64,000 nucleotides of DNA from Chiloscyllium plagiosum (Eukaryota), in assembly GCF_004010195.1 (NCBI RefSeq), contig NC_057719.1, positions 65,537,634 to 65,601,633 on the forward strand, read 5' to 3'. The position numbers and the translations under genes are program-made. Below the pieces are notes generated by a model. The model saw nothing but the letters and a program-made list of their open reading frames with translations. It ran no database searches and was not told the origin of the DNA. Positions 13,293 through 25,378 of this stretch are shown in pieces (positions within the stretch are counted from its first letter, which is position 1; every line of letters begins with the position of its first letter).

Positions 13293-13918
13293 GTGTGGCA
13301 CTGGAGAACACACAGGCAGCATCTGAGGAGGGGTGTAGGACCATTTGGCGCGGCCACTATGGCGTGACCGATTTGGTGCGACCCATTTTGGCGCAGCTCT
13401 TATTTGTTCCTTTTCAGGCTTACTTACAAGCATTAATGAAAACAATAAAAAGAAAAATAATGTTTATCCTCTTCAGTAAAAATGTTAAAAAGAAAATAAA
13501 AATGAAAGAAATAAGGGAAATACAAAATTGTTGATGGCATTTTAACGGGTTTTATTTTATTGTAATAATTTGTATATTGATATGTTTTATTTTAATATAT
13601 TTTATTTTAATAATAATAGTTTAATAACTACTACTGAATAACTACAAATCAGTTCTGCACCAAATGGGTCTGCACCAAAATATATTTTATTTTACTATAG
13701 TTTAATAATTTTAATAATAGTAATTTAATAACTACTACTGAATAACTACAAGACAAGTCTGCGCTGAAATGGGTCTGCGCCGAAATGGGTCTGCGCCGAA
13801 ATGGGTTGTACCAAACCGGCCGCGCCAAATCGCTCGTGCCAAAGTGGCTGTGCCGAATTGTCCCACTCCGTCTGAGGAGCAAGAGAATCGACGTTTTGGA
13901 CATAACCCTTCATCAGGA
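13293..13918 (-). mobile_element. PLE pLTR fragment split by the MITE
   Basis: gtgtggcactggagaacacacaggcagcatctgaggag joins caagagaatcgacgttttggacataacccttcatcagga to rebuild the repeat seen at 38311-38396. Confidence 0.85.
13331..13870. mobile_element. Non-autonomous DNA transposon (foldback/MULE-like MITE), 540 bp, 9-bp TSD
   Basis: TSD tctgaggag at 13322-13330 and 13871-13879; imperfect TIRs (gggtgtaggaccatttggcgcggccactatggc vs reverse complement cggagtgggacaattcggcacagccactttggc) built of 15-16-bp modules; very AT-rich core. Confidence 0.85.
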
Positions 13919-14935
13919 CCTGTCCATCAGGACAGTGAGAGAAGCATTCCATCACACCCCTGATATGTGCTTTGAGGCAGGTGAGCAGGCTTTGGAGAGT
14001 CAGGAAGTGAAATACCTGCCTCAGACTCTCACCTATTCTTGTAGCCACAGTATTTATGTGGATATTTCAGTTCAGCTTCTGGTGAATAGAAATTTCCAGC
14101 AAGTTGATAGTGAGCGATTGAGCGATTGTAATATCAATGACTGATTAATAAAATTTCTCGTTAGTTACCTGGATTTATTCAGTACGAATGTCACTTAATA
14201 TATTAACAGATGTTCAAAATTCCACATGTGAAAATGTTTGTAGAGGAGAGTGTTGACTTGGCCATCATGCTGTTCACAAATTATTGACATTCATTAATTA
14301 GATGTGCAGATGACGAACCTTTGTGTAGAAAGGATGGTGTTAGATGTCCAGAGAATTTTAGCTCAACAGATAGATGGTAATGTGTAGAAAATCAATTGTA
14401 TTTTTAAAAGCCTCTTGGCAATAATTTAGGGAAATCTGAATGAATATATTTAATAACCTTCCACTCAAAATGAAACAGTGATTACATCAAGAATAAATCT
14501 ACATTGATTTATTAAAAGTAATTTAACAAGAATCCTTTAGTACATTGCCAAGCTATTTACCACATGATCTTACAATGTTGTCAGGTTAGTAGGTAAGATG
14601 AGAATATCAAGTTCAAAGATATCGTTGATATTGTTTGATTTCTATTTGCTGTCGTCAAAGCTTTCACCTGTGTTTGAAGCCGTTGCCGATTCTTGACTAG
14701 AATTGTTTGATTGTAACATTTAATAAATTAAAGAAAAGAAAATAATTGGCAGTAAGGTACAAAGCTGTGATTCATCTTTAGATAAGGTCATAAACCCCTT
14801 CAGTGAAACTTGAGAACTGCACGAGCGTCAGCAAGACTTGGACACTGAATCACTGCCTTATGCTGGTTGACATTATTTCAGACCTTATTAATGTGTAGTC
14901 TGTATTTTCTTTGTGTTTACCTTTAACTTTTGGGG

Positions 14936-15069
14936 CCGAAAATGTGATGCCGGAAAAGTGCAGCAGGTCAGGCAGCATCCAAGGAGCAGGAGAATCGATG
15001 TTTCGGGCATGAGCCCTTCTTCAACACATTTTCGGCTCTGATCTCCAGCATCTGCAGTCCTCACTTTCT
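14936..15069. mobile_element. PLE-derived mini-insertion with internal inversion and 16-bp TSD
   Basis: TSD cctttaacttttgggg at 14920-14935 and 15070-15085; inverted pLTR piece then sense terminus ctctgatctccagcatctgcagtcctcactttct. Confidence 0.88.
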
Positions 15070-15177
15070 CCTTTAACTTTTGGGGTCTATTTCATCAGTG
15101 TATAAAGCTTGAGGAGAAAATGTCTTTTCGTAAATCGTTAGTATAAACCCTACAGTTTAGCAATTACATTTCCACAG

Positions 15178-15232
15178 AATTACGCCCTGGTACTTTGGTC
15201 TTGAGGACACTAACTGTGACAGTTGATAGAAG
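15178..15232 (+). other. Possible 55-nt cassette or non-coding exon
   Basis: Acceptor caattacatttccacAG, donor AAG|GTAAGA; only open frame LRPGTLVLRTLTVTVDR is phase 1-2 and does not fit the 11730/26311 frame. Confidence 0.2.
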
Positions 15233-16107
15233 GTAAGAAAATAAGAATACAAGAGCTGAATGTCTATGATTATAATTTAAAAGATGCCTCCAGATCAAAA
15301 TTTAATGTTAACAGGAAAAGTGCTCCAAGGTTTGATTTTGCTGCAGATGTTATATGAAGTTTGATCATACTGTTTCCAAACATAGTTAAATCAGATAAAA
15401 GCAGCAAGACTGAATTATATAATAAACAGCCATTGTATTATACAATTGGAATGGCAATATTTGATTACCAAGAAAAGCAATGATATGAAGGAAGAAGTTT
15501 GCCATAGAAAAGATGCTGCTGAGAGCCTGGTGCACGCAATGTTTGTTCTCTGACTGAAAACCACAGAATGCTGGATGAGTGGCAAGACCACAAGTGTTTC
15601 TGACTGGTGAAGTCCACAATGTGTCACAGTTCTGTTCATATGAATAATTAGCAGAAGCTATTTTTATGTGAACCGTAAAGGACAAAATGAATTAACAGAA
15701 GATTTATACTGTGGTTACACGCAGCATAGTGGATGCTCGATATGGTTAAGTCTGTTGGCTGGAATTCCCAGTGGGGGTGAGGAGGATCTGTGCGGATATG
15801 TGTGTGGGTTGCATTGATCGGGTGTGAGAATGTTAAGTAACTGTTTTGTTTGCTTTCCAATAGTCCATTGCAAGACTGTGTCAGGGTCTCTGAGGAATGT
15901 TATTAAAGTGTAAAAACAAAGCTCTTTGATTATTATTTTTATTGGATATATTTAAATGAGAATGCAATTATTTGCAGCAATTTAAGTCAACCTTTCCTTT
16001 AATTCGAGAGGAAATTTCTTGACAGCCACTCATGACTCTTAATTGGTATTTTTTAAGGCTTGCATGAGTGGGGACCATAACGTGAAAGGTGAGGGAGCAA
16101 TAACGTT

Positions 16108-16437
16108 GGGGCAGCACGGTGACTCAGTGTTTAGCACTGCTGCCTCATAGTCCCAGGGACTTGCATTTGATTCCCACCTGGGACGACTGTCTGTGTGGAG
16201 TTTGCAATTCTCCCTGTGTCTGTGTGGGTTTCCTCCAGGTGCTCTGGTTTCCTCCCACAATCCAAAGATGTGCAGGTTAGGTGAATTGGCCATGCTAAAT
16301 TGCCCACAGTGCTAGGTGCATTAGTCAGGGGTAAATGTAGAGTAGGAGAATGGATCTGGATGGGTTAATCTTCAGAGGGTCAGTGTGGACTTGTTGGGCC
16401 GGAGGGCCTGTTTCCATACTATAGGGAATCTAATCTA
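16108..16437 (+). mobile_element. HE1-type V-SINE, full length
   Basis: ggggcagcacggtgactcagtgtttagcactgc head, V-domain, tail gggcctgtttccatactatagggaatctaatcta. Confidence 0.93.
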
Positions 16438-16974
16438 AACATGAAAAAGGGCTGTGGTAGTTTGGCTCCCTGACAGTGTCTCATTCTCAGGGGACTTTAC
16501 TGACAATGGGACCAGCCTCAGAAAGCCTTCCTGGCATGAGAAAACGAAAGCAAGTTTGACTGTTCCAAATACCCAGTTGATTGCCATTTTACCAGGCTGA
16601 TTGACACTGTGATCTGGGTGAATCAAGCTGAATACTGATGGCAGCTCTAGGGTGGAAGAACTGTGTTATTTTATTCAAGGAGGTGGATGCAGGCCAAGAA
16701 GGTATCACCCATGGCTCCAGAGATCACCTCAGAAGGGTTTCACCACCATCAGTTGCATTTTGATAATTTTAAAACGTTTCTTCCTGCTGTCGACTGCAAC
16801 AACCTATACTTTCTCAGTAGATGAGCACTCTTCTTGGGTGGCGCTATTGAGCTATAGACCGTCTGGTTGGGACAGCAGCTCTAGAGATGGACGGTGGATT
16901 GCACAAGGCAGGAGCTCCAAGTACCTTCTCCATGGGCTGTCTCCTGTAAAACCACTGATCAGCCCAAGCCACCA

Positions 16975-17312
16975 ACACGCATGTCATCCAGTCATTGTCA
17001 GGACTCTGATGTTTTTGGAAAGATTCAGATCCCACCTGAAAAGGCAAGGCCAGTATATGCATGGGAACACTAGTACCATCTGCAAGTTCCCCTCAAAGTC
17101 ACAAACTATCCTAATTATATCACTATTCCTTTACTGCCAATGACCAAACTCCTGGAGCTCGCTTCTGTATGGCACTGTGGCTGTACTTATACCCTGAAGA
17201 CTGCAGTTGTTCAAGAATATCAAATATCGCTTACCATCACCTGCTCAAGAGTAATACAGAGTGAAAACCAGTACTGGCTAGCTAGCGATGTTTACATGAA
17301 AGAAATAAGTAA
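16975..17312 (+). mobile_element. LINE family B 3' end
   Basis: aaggcaaggccagtatatgcatgggaacactagtaccatctgcaagttcccctc matches the reverse complement of 27570-27640; ends with the shared tail ctggctagctagcgatg. Confidence 0.7.
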
Positions 17313-17352
17313 AAAAGGTCCTCAATCTTTCTTGCCGTGTGGTAGTGTGAAG

Positions 17353-18012
17353 CATAGAACATAGAACTGTACAGCAAGGAACTGACCCTTCGGTCCATTA
17401 AGTTGTGCTGTCCATGACACCAAAGTACACTAATCCCTTCTGCCTGCCCATGGACCATATCCCTCCATTCCTTGCTTAATCATGTGCTTATCTAAAAGCC
17501 CCTTAAACACCCCTATTGTATTTGCCTCCACCACTACCCCTGCAGTGTGTTCCACTCTCTGTGTAAAAAACTTGCCTCTCATGTCTCCTTTGCACTTTTC
17601 CTTTCTTACCTTAAATGTATGATGTCAAGTATTAGACATTTCAACTCTGAGAAAAAAAAAGATTCTGACTGTCAACCCTATCTATGGCTCTCATAGTTTT
17701 ATAAACTTCTATCAGGTCTCCCCTCAGCTGCTCCACAGAAAACAACCCTAATTTGTCCAGCCTCTCCTTATACCCGCTAATCCAGGCAGCATCCTGGCAA
17801 ACCTCTTCTGCACCCTCTCCAAAGCCTCCACATCCTTCCTGGAATGTGGTGACTAGAATTGAATGTAGTACTCTAAGTGCGGGCTAATCAAAGTTTTATA
17901 AAGCCTCAACACTACTTCCTGGCTCTTGTGCTCAATGCCTCTACAATAAAGCAAGCATGCCACAGTCCTCCTTTACCATCCTATCTATTAATGTAACCAC
18001 TTTCAGGGAGCA
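17353..18012 (-). mobile_element. CR1 LINE 3' fragment
   Basis: Begins with reverse-complemented tail catagaacatagaac; reverse complement encodes HLEYYIQF-like and RVQKRFARMLPG motifs. Confidence 0.9.
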
Positions 18013-18163
18013 AAGGGTTAATCAAATGGAGCTGCTACTGATCTCTCTTTTATATCAGTATACCTGCAATTAGTAATTTCTGAATTGGGACTGATCTCAC
18101 TTGTATTTCAATTGTACCTATCATATTGTCAGATGCTGTAACAAGACTATGTTTCATTGTGGG

Positions 18164-19095
18164 GAAAGTGAGGACTGCAGATGCTGGAGGTCAGAGTTGA
18201 AGAGTGTGGTGCTGGAAAAGCACAGCAGGTCAGGTAGGAGATGAGTAGGAGAATCAATGTTTCAGGCATAAGTCCTTCATCAGGAAGGAGGCTTGTGGGC
18301 CAAGGGGTCTGAGAGATAAATGGGAGGGGGTGGGGCTGGGGGAAGGTAGCCAGGAATACGATAGGTAGATAGAGTTGGGAGTGAAAGTGATAGGTCGGAG
18401 AGGAGGGTGGAGCGGATGGGGGAAAGGAAAATGGACATGCAGGACAGTTCAACAGAGCGATGACAAGTTGGAAAGTTGGAACTGGGATAAGGTGGAGGGA
18501 GGGGAAATTAGGAAACTGGTGAAGTCCACATTAATCCCGTGTGGTTGGACGATTCCAAGGCGGAAGATGAGGCATTCTCCCTCCAGGCGGGTCGGGTAGT
18601 TAGGGATTGGCGATGGAGGAGGCCCAGGACCTGCTTGTCTTTGGCGGAGTGAGAGGGGGCGTTAAAGTGTTCAGCCACCGGGCAGTGAGGTTGTTTGGTT
18701 TGGGTGTCCCAGACATGCACTCTGAAACATTCCACAAGTTGGTGTCCTGCCTTGCCAATATAGAGGAGACCATGTCAGGAGCAACGGAGGTAGTAGATGA
18801 TGTTTGTGGAAGTACAGGTAAATCTCTGTCGGACATGGAAGGATCCTTTGGGGCCTTGGACCAAGGTGAGAGGGCAGGTGTGGGCAGAGGTTTTGCACTT
18901 CTTGCAGTGGCAAGGGAAGGTGCCAGAACTGGAGGGTGGGTTGGTGGGGGTGTGGACCTAACGAAGGAATCGCAGAGGGATAGTCTGTCCAGAACGCAGA
19001 TAGGGGTGGGGAGATAAATATATCCCTGTTGGTGGGGTCTGATTGTTGATGGCAGAAATGGCAGAGGTTGATGCAATGTATCTAGAGGTTGGTGT
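18164..19095 (-). mobile_element. Penelope-like element 3' fragment: Cys linker, GIY-YIG endonuclease and pLTR, 14-bp TSD
   Basis: Minus-strand CTSTNIIYYLRCS...LLYIG, PVAEHFNAPSHS, LIFRLG.VQPHGINVDF; TSD tgtttcattgtggg at 18150-18163 and 19096-19109. Confidence 0.92.
18251..18286 (-). ncRNA. Decayed minimal hammerhead ribozyme motif in PLE pLTR
   Basis: Minus strand ttcCTGATGAaggacttatgcctGAAAcattgattc, in the sense orientation of the GIY-YIG frame. Confidence 0.55.
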
Positions 19096-19955
19096 TGTTT
19101 CATTGTGGGTGATTTGAGCAGAATTTCATTCTATGAAATACTTAACTTTCAACTTCACAGCAACATGGCATCCACAACCAATTCAGGATGATGAAGTGCC
19201 TGCAAAGGTTAAGAGGTTTGCATTGATACATACACAGCTGTCTGCAAAGACCACTATGGAAGGTGACATCGACTGAAAGCATTCAGGCCGAGGGGGATGA
19301 AAATTGAATCCATTCACAAGAATGTTACAAAGTTTTTGATAGTTGTGTAACTGTCTTTATTCAAAGTATTGAATTCACAGATCCATCAGGATGCATTACA
19401 CATTGACAGAGAGCCTAAAATAAACAGTAAGTTGAACAGAAAACCAAAGCGAAGTATTAAAAGGCTAACAAATCAGTCTCTGACCTGAAGTATTCACTCT
19501 ATTTCTCTCTGAAGGTGCCTCCTGTCTTACTGAGTATTTCCAATGGACAAAATCTTCCCAGCCCCGGAATGATGTGGGCATTGGTCGGAAAATTGTGAAA
19601 ATTGTGAGATTACAGTGAGAACTTTTTTGGCGATGAAAGAAAGAAGTCCAATTTTCCAACCAAGTGTTGAGTGGCAATTGAAGAATTCTCACTGGTGAGC
19701 AGCCAGACCTGTTTGCATGCATTAGCATCTCATTATTGGCTAATTTCACCTCAGGTATATGCAATAATTAATGACAGATGCACAGAATTCCCAACGGTTC
19801 CCTGGTAATTCCAGTTGATGCTTGCTTCTCCAGACATCCAATTTAGACTCTAGGTACCAATATCTCAGGATACGTTCCAAGGGGAGTGATCCCTGATGCC
19901 AGGATACTTTGCGTACTGTGACAGGCACCCACCTCATGGACTGAATTAAAATTAT

Positions 19956-20325
19956 AATCCCTACAGTGTGGAAACAGGCGCTTTGGCCCAACAAGTGCAC
20001 ACCAACCCTCCAAAGTGTATCCCACCCAGACTCATTCCCCAACCCTGTATTTACCCCTGACTAATCCCTGTATTTACCCCTGACACATCCCTGAATAGGC
20101 AATTTAGTATGGCCAATTCACCTAACTTGCACATCTTTGGATTGTGGGAGGAAGCTGGAGCACCTGGAGGAAACCCAGGTTTTTGCCGGAGCACCTGGAA
20201 GAAACTCATGCAGACACGGGGAGAACGTGCAAACCCCACACAGACAGTCACCTGAGGCTGGAATCGAACCCAGGTCCCTGGCATTGTGATGCAGCAGTGC
20301 TAACCATTGAGCCACCATGCTGCCC
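19956..20325 (-). mobile_element. HE1-type V-SINE with two internal short duplications
   Basis: Matches 9197-9509; ccctgtatttacccctgac twice (20043, 20066) and ggagcacctgga(g/a)gaaac twice (20157, 20188). Confidence 0.92.
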
Positions 20326-20685
20326 TATTGGAGTAGGGTTGCTCACTTTCGTATTGCTCAATCCCTTTGTGTCAACTTTGACGCCCACAGCATCCCTGCC
20401 TCACCCTACCTTGCCTTTTTGCTGGAGCTTAAAGACCTGCAGTACTGTTTTGACTTGCCTTTTAGCACAGACACAAAGCCAAGCAGCTTGTGCTAGTTGT
20501 CAGCAGTAATCAGTTAATGGTGTAGATTTGTAGCTGCGGTGACTATGCCACTGCGCTATGCCAGTCCTGGGGTGGATTAAATAAAAGTCAAGAGGGTTTG
20601 TCGGGAGCCTCTGCCGCATGAGAGAAGCTGGGGTTATACATACTGCAGTTTGCGTGCTGGGATGCAGAGGAGCTAATCACTGCGT

Positions 20686-21012
20686 GGGCCTGATGGCACA
20701 ATAGTTAACACTGTTGACTCACAGCACCAGGGACCTGGGTTCGATCCCAGCCTTGGGCGACTGTCTGTGTGATGTTTGCGCATTCTTCCCTTGTCTGTGT
20801 GGGTTTCCTCTGGGTCCTCCAGTTACCTCCCACAGTCCAAAGTTGTGTGGGTTAGGTGGATGCGCCATGTTAAATTGTTCGGACTGTCCAGCGATGTGCA
20901 CGCTGGGTGGGTTAGTCATGGGAATTGCAGGGTTATGGGGATTGGGTAGGGGTCTGGATACAATACTCTTTGGAGGGTCAGTGAGACTGGTCTGTATCTG
21001 CACTGTTGGGAT
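20686..21012 (+). mobile_element. HE1-type V-SINE, diverged
   Basis: ggacctgggttcgatcccagccttgggcgactgtctgtgtg B box plus V-domain. Confidence 0.85.
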
Positions 21013-21439
21013 TTTATAATAACAGATGTGAAGGGCAGCAACTCCATATGTAAAGTCAGGAGTAGTAGAATTTGAAGGAGAAAGGGGTAATGCCAGAAAG
21101 GTTTTCATCAACAGCAACATTCTGGCCTCCATTGAAGAACAGCAGATTACAATATCTGGCATGTTGACTTGATATCCCTGGGGCTACCGAGGTAAATTAG
21201 GGAGATAAAAGATTTAGACAGACAGGTTGCATGGCATTGAAGGGGACGGCAACCAAGAGGGAATGCATACATTTGGACGGCTCACCAATAGTAAGAGGCT
21301 GAGCCTGAGATTCATGGTGTGAGGAGCAACTGATGTTTCCTTCCATTGTGCTGTAAGTAATAAGTGCACAATGGAGCTGAAAGTGGCTGTGGGCACACCC
21401 GGAGTGGGCAGAGCAAGTGCATCCCTCAAAGAGAAGGTT

Positions 21440-22987
21440 TGTTTTCCTGGGCCAGATGGGATATATCCTAGGTTGCTGCAGGAAATGAGGGAAGAGATTG
21501 CTGCACTTTGGCGATGATTTTTGTGTCCTCACTGTCCACTGGAGTAGTGTCAGATGATTGGAGGGTGGCAAATTGTTATTCCCTTGTTCAAGAAAGGAAA
21601 TAGGGATAACTCTAGGAATTACAGACTAGTCAGTCTTACATCTGTGGTGGACATATTATTGGAAAAGATTCTGAGAAGCAGGATTTATGGTTACTTGGAA
21701 AACCATGGCTTGATTAGAGATAGTCAGCATGGCTTTGTGAGGGGCAGGTCATGTCTCACAAGCCTTAATGAATTCTTTGAGGATTTGACAAAACACATTG
21801 ATGAAGGTAGAGTGGTCAAAGTGGTGTACATTGATTTTAGCAAGGTGTTTGATAAGGTTCCCCATGGTAGGATCATTCAGAAAGTAAGAAGGCATGGTAT
21901 ACATGGAAGTTTGGCTGTCTGGATACAAAACTGGCTGGTCCATAGAAGACAGAGGGTGGTGGTGGATAGACGATATTCAGCCTGGACCTCGGTGACCAGT
22001 GGTGTTCAGCAGGGTTCGGTTCTGGGATCTCTGCTCCTTGTGATTTTTATAAATGACTTGGATGAGGAAGCAGAAGGGTGGGTTAGTAAGTTTACTGATA
22101 ACACAAAGGTTGGTGGAGTTATGGATGGTGTGGGCGGCTGTTGTAGGTTGCAATGGGACATTGACAGGATGCAGAGCAGGGCTGAGAAGTGGCAGATGGA
22201 GTTCAAACTTGAAAAATGTGCAATGATTCACCTTGGAAGGTCGAATTTGAATGCAGAGAAAAGGGTTCAAGGCAGAATTCTTGGCAGTGTGGAGAAACAG
22301 AGGGATCTCAGGGTCCATGTCCATAGATCCCTCAAAGTTGTCACACAAGTTGATAGGTTTGTTAAGATGTATGGTGTGTTAGCTTTCATTAGAGGGAGGA
22401 TTGAGTTTAAGAGCCGTGAGGTTATGCTGCAGCTCTTTAGAACCCTGGCTAGACCACATTTGGAACGTTATATTCAGTTCTGGTCGCCGCATTTTAGGAA
22501 GAATGTGGAAGCTTTAGGGAGGGTGCAGAGGAGATTTACCAGGACGCTGCCCGGACTGGAGGGCATGTCTTATGGAGAAAGGTTGAGGGAGTTAAAGCTT
22601 TTCTCATTGGAGTGAGGAAGGGTGAGAAGTGACTTCATAGAGCTGTACAAGATGATGAGAGGCACAGATAGAGTGGATAGCCAGAGATGTTTGCCCAGGG
22701 CAGAAATGGCTATCACAAGGGGGCATAATTTTAAGGTGCTTAGAGGAAGGTTTAAGGGACATGTTAGAGGTAAGTTATTTACACAGAGTGTTGGGTGCGT
22801 GGAATGCATTTCCAGCGGTGGTAGTGGAGTCAGATACATTAGGGACATCTAAGTGACTCTTGGATGGGCACATGGATGGTAGTAAATTGAGATATGTCAG
22901 TTAGTTTGATCTTAGAGTAGGATAAAAGGATGGCACAACATCAAGGGCCAAAGGGCCTGTACTGTGCTGTACTGTTCTATGTTCTAT
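21440..22987 (+). mobile_element. CR1 LINE with 353-codon open RT segment
   Basis: PLFKKG...NYRLVSLTSVV, QHGFVRGRSCLT, YIDFSKVFDKVPH, VTSGVQQGSVLG, KFTDNTK (degenerate FADD); tail ttctatgttctatg. Confidence 0.96.
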
Positions 22988-23067
22988 GATATTTTCCTGT
23001 GGTGAGCCACGGAGACAAGCTCACCCACTGATGACCCCTATTCTAATCGAGCTAAAATACCCACCGA

Positions 23068-23990
23068 GGATGGATAGAGAATTGGCTGGCTGGTAGAAGG
23101 CAGAGAATAAAGGGAATAAAGGGGTCTTTTTCAGGATGTAAGCATGTGATTAGTGGAGTTCCCCAGGGGTCAGTCTTGGGACCGTAACTATTCACGTTAT
23201 CATTAACAATCTGGATGAAGGAACTGAGGATATTGTTGCTAAGTTTGCAGATGACGCAAAGATAGGTGGAGAGACAGGTAGTGTTGAGGAAGTGGTGAGA
23301 CTGCAGAAGGACAGGCTAGCAGAGGGAGCAAGGAGTGGCCGATGGAATACAATGTGGGAAATTGTAAGGTTATGAACTTCAGCAGGAAGAATGGATAATA
23401 ATTTCTCATGTGGGAAAGGCTTCAGAAGTCTGAAGCACAAAGGGACTTAGAAGTTCTCATTCAGAATTTTTTAAAGGTTAACATGAAGGTTCAGTTGGCA
23501 TATGCAATGTTAACATTTATTTCAAGAGGGCTAGAATACAAGAGCTGAGGTTGTATAAGGGTCTGGTGCTACCACACTTGGAATATTGTGAGCAGTTTTG
23601 GACATTGTTGGAGGGGGTCCAAAGGAGGTTTATAGGAATGATTCTGGGGATGAAGGGATTGTCAGATGAGGAGCACTTGAGGACACTGGGTCTGTCGTGG
23701 ATGGAATTTAGAAAGCAGAGGGGAATCTCATTGGAACTTACGGAATACTGAGAGGGCTGGAAAGAGCGGAGAAAATGTTTCCACTAGTAAGAGATACTAG
23801 GACCTGAAGGCATAGCCTCAGAGTGAAGGGACAACCCTTCAGAACTGAGATGAGGAGGAATTTCTTCTGCCAGAGGGTAGGTAATCTGTGGAATGCATTG
23901 CTTCAGAGGGCTATGGAGGTCAAGTCATTGAGTGCATTTAAGACAGAGGTTCTTGATTAGGAATGTGATCTAGGCTTATAGGGGTTGAAA
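23068..23990 (+). mobile_element. CR1 LINE RT fragment, second subfamily
   Basis: SGVPQGSVLGP, KFADDAKIGG, PHLEYCEQFW. Confidence 0.9.
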
Positions 23991-24589
23991 GGCTGAATTC
24001 TACTCCTTTATCATATGGTGTTATGATTTCATTGTACCTGCAGGATGCAGCATGGCCAAGGTGCATACGTTTGGACATGTAAACAACACATCCAATGTGG
24101 AGGGAAAGGGAGAGTAGCATTGCAATGGATGATACTTCTTACTAGATTTCTAGGGCATTGGAGATTTCAGCATCTCCACAGGAATGATCCCAGTCTTCAC
24201 CTACCACAGCCAGGATCTTCCCTTCATAGGGGATAAGGAGCCAAATGTTGAGTACTCTACTATCCTGTATTGGCTATCTTTGTCCTGATATGGTTGTTCC
24301 TGTATTGCGAGAAAAGGAGACATTGAGTGAGATGAAAGAGGGTGGCAAAGCTGTTAATACTGGTAGGGGAAAGATGATGAAGTGTCCTGAGTGAGTGAGT
24401 GGGGAGTGCAGAGGTCATGCAGGGTCAACGGAGTGGGACATTGAGAGGTTGGGAAGTGGGATAGAGTGAGGGAAGGTGTTGCATGTAATATAGAGAGAGA
24501 ATGGTAGACTATGAGCATTGTGGTTAGGTAGGTACAGTAGTTGAATTACACTGAGCATGGGGTTAGACAGAAAAGATGTGGCACTTCCC

Positions 24590-24810
24590 CTGACAGAGTA
24601 GAAAAGGTCATTTAATTTTCTTCATATGCTGCTGGGCATTTTTCCAGACCATGGAGACAGCACTCACCCAGGGGGCAATCTCAGACCAGGCTGGCATGTT
24701 TTTGGCCTTCTCTGTCAGCCGTAGAAAGAAAAGGCAGCCCAACTCAGCACCACCCTATCCACCAGTAACTCCAGCTCCATGCTCACAAAGCAGAGTGCCT
24801 ATTTCCCCTT
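24590..24810 (-). mobile_element. Myb/SANT-like (trihelix) domain relic, probably PIF/Harbinger accessory gene
   Basis: Minus strand reads ELELLVDRVV...PAWSEIAPWVSAVSMVWKNAQQHMKKINDLF with frameshifts; homologous copy at 43330-43760. Confidence 0.6.
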
Positions 24811-24896
24811 ATCTGCCATGTCCAGGGAAGTTAAAGCAACCATACAGGATAGATTACAGTCTGCCAGCACTTGACCCAGTTATTAAACATGATCAG

Positions 24897-24970
24897 AATT
24901 ACTGAAAAAACTCAGCAGGTCTGTCAGCATTTCTGGAGAGAAAGCAGAGTTAATGTTTTGGGTCCACTGT
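24897..24970 (-). mobile_element. PLE-type terminal fragment
   Basis: aaactcagcaggtctgtcagcatttctggagagaaagcagagttaatgttt matches 48620-48675. Confidence 0.65.
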
Positions 24971-25258
24971 CCCATCAATAGCCTGCACACAGTAATCAGT
25001 TACATTCAAAAAATCATGGTGGTGGAGATTTGAAGGGATTTTGAAAACATTCATAGAGATTTGCGTTTCCTTGCCATTGTAGGTGAACCTCTGGTTTATG
25101 TTACTCAGTAACTCACTCTGAGCCCTATTGGTCAATTTGTTTCCAACAGATAAGACTAGAGAATGCCTCATTAAACTATATAAGTAATTCACTGTGGGGG
25201 TCATAAATCAACACTGATAGAGTCATAGACTCCTTATTTAATAAAACTAATTTAGAAA

Positions 25259-25378
25259 GGCTTCTGTGGCTCAGTGGTAGTAGTTCTGCCTCTGAGCCAG
25301 GAGGCCCTAGTTGAAGTCCCAGCTGCTCCAGAGAAGTGTAATAACACCTCTGAACAGGGTTGACTACAAAGTATCTAA
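25259..25378 (+). mobile_element. Short tRNA-derived SINE
   Basis: A box tggctcagtgg, degenerate B box agttgaagtccc, no tRNA acceptor stem. Confidence 0.6.

Larger units (their letters stand above)
13160..14165 (-). mobile_element. LINE family B relic split by a PLE fragment and a MITE
   Basis: 13170-13290 and 13925-14110 align with 27680-27790 and 27840-28000. Confidence 0.7.

Noticed and set aside
13755..13805. Short direct repeats resembling a CRISPR array
   Set aside because: 16-bp units are head-to-tail with no spacers, lie inside a MITE TIR, and no cas genes are present.
19187..19276. C/D box snoRNA (ATGATGA...CTGA)
   Set aside because: No convincing terminal stem, internal boxes or recognisable guide sequence.
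21090..21430. Harbinger transposase relic (FINSN...SI..Q...T*YP, GDK)
   Set aside because: Similarity too sparse to support without a profile search.
21554..22615. 353-aa ORF as a functional or domesticated RT
   Set aside because: Catalytic FADD reads FTDN, a stop interrupts the C-terminus and the endonuclease is missing; ordinary CR1 decay.
9197..25378. tRNA genes at 9440-9509, 16108-16180, 20260-20325 and 25259-25325
   Set aside because: A and B boxes run into SINE bodies and no complete cloverleaf forms.
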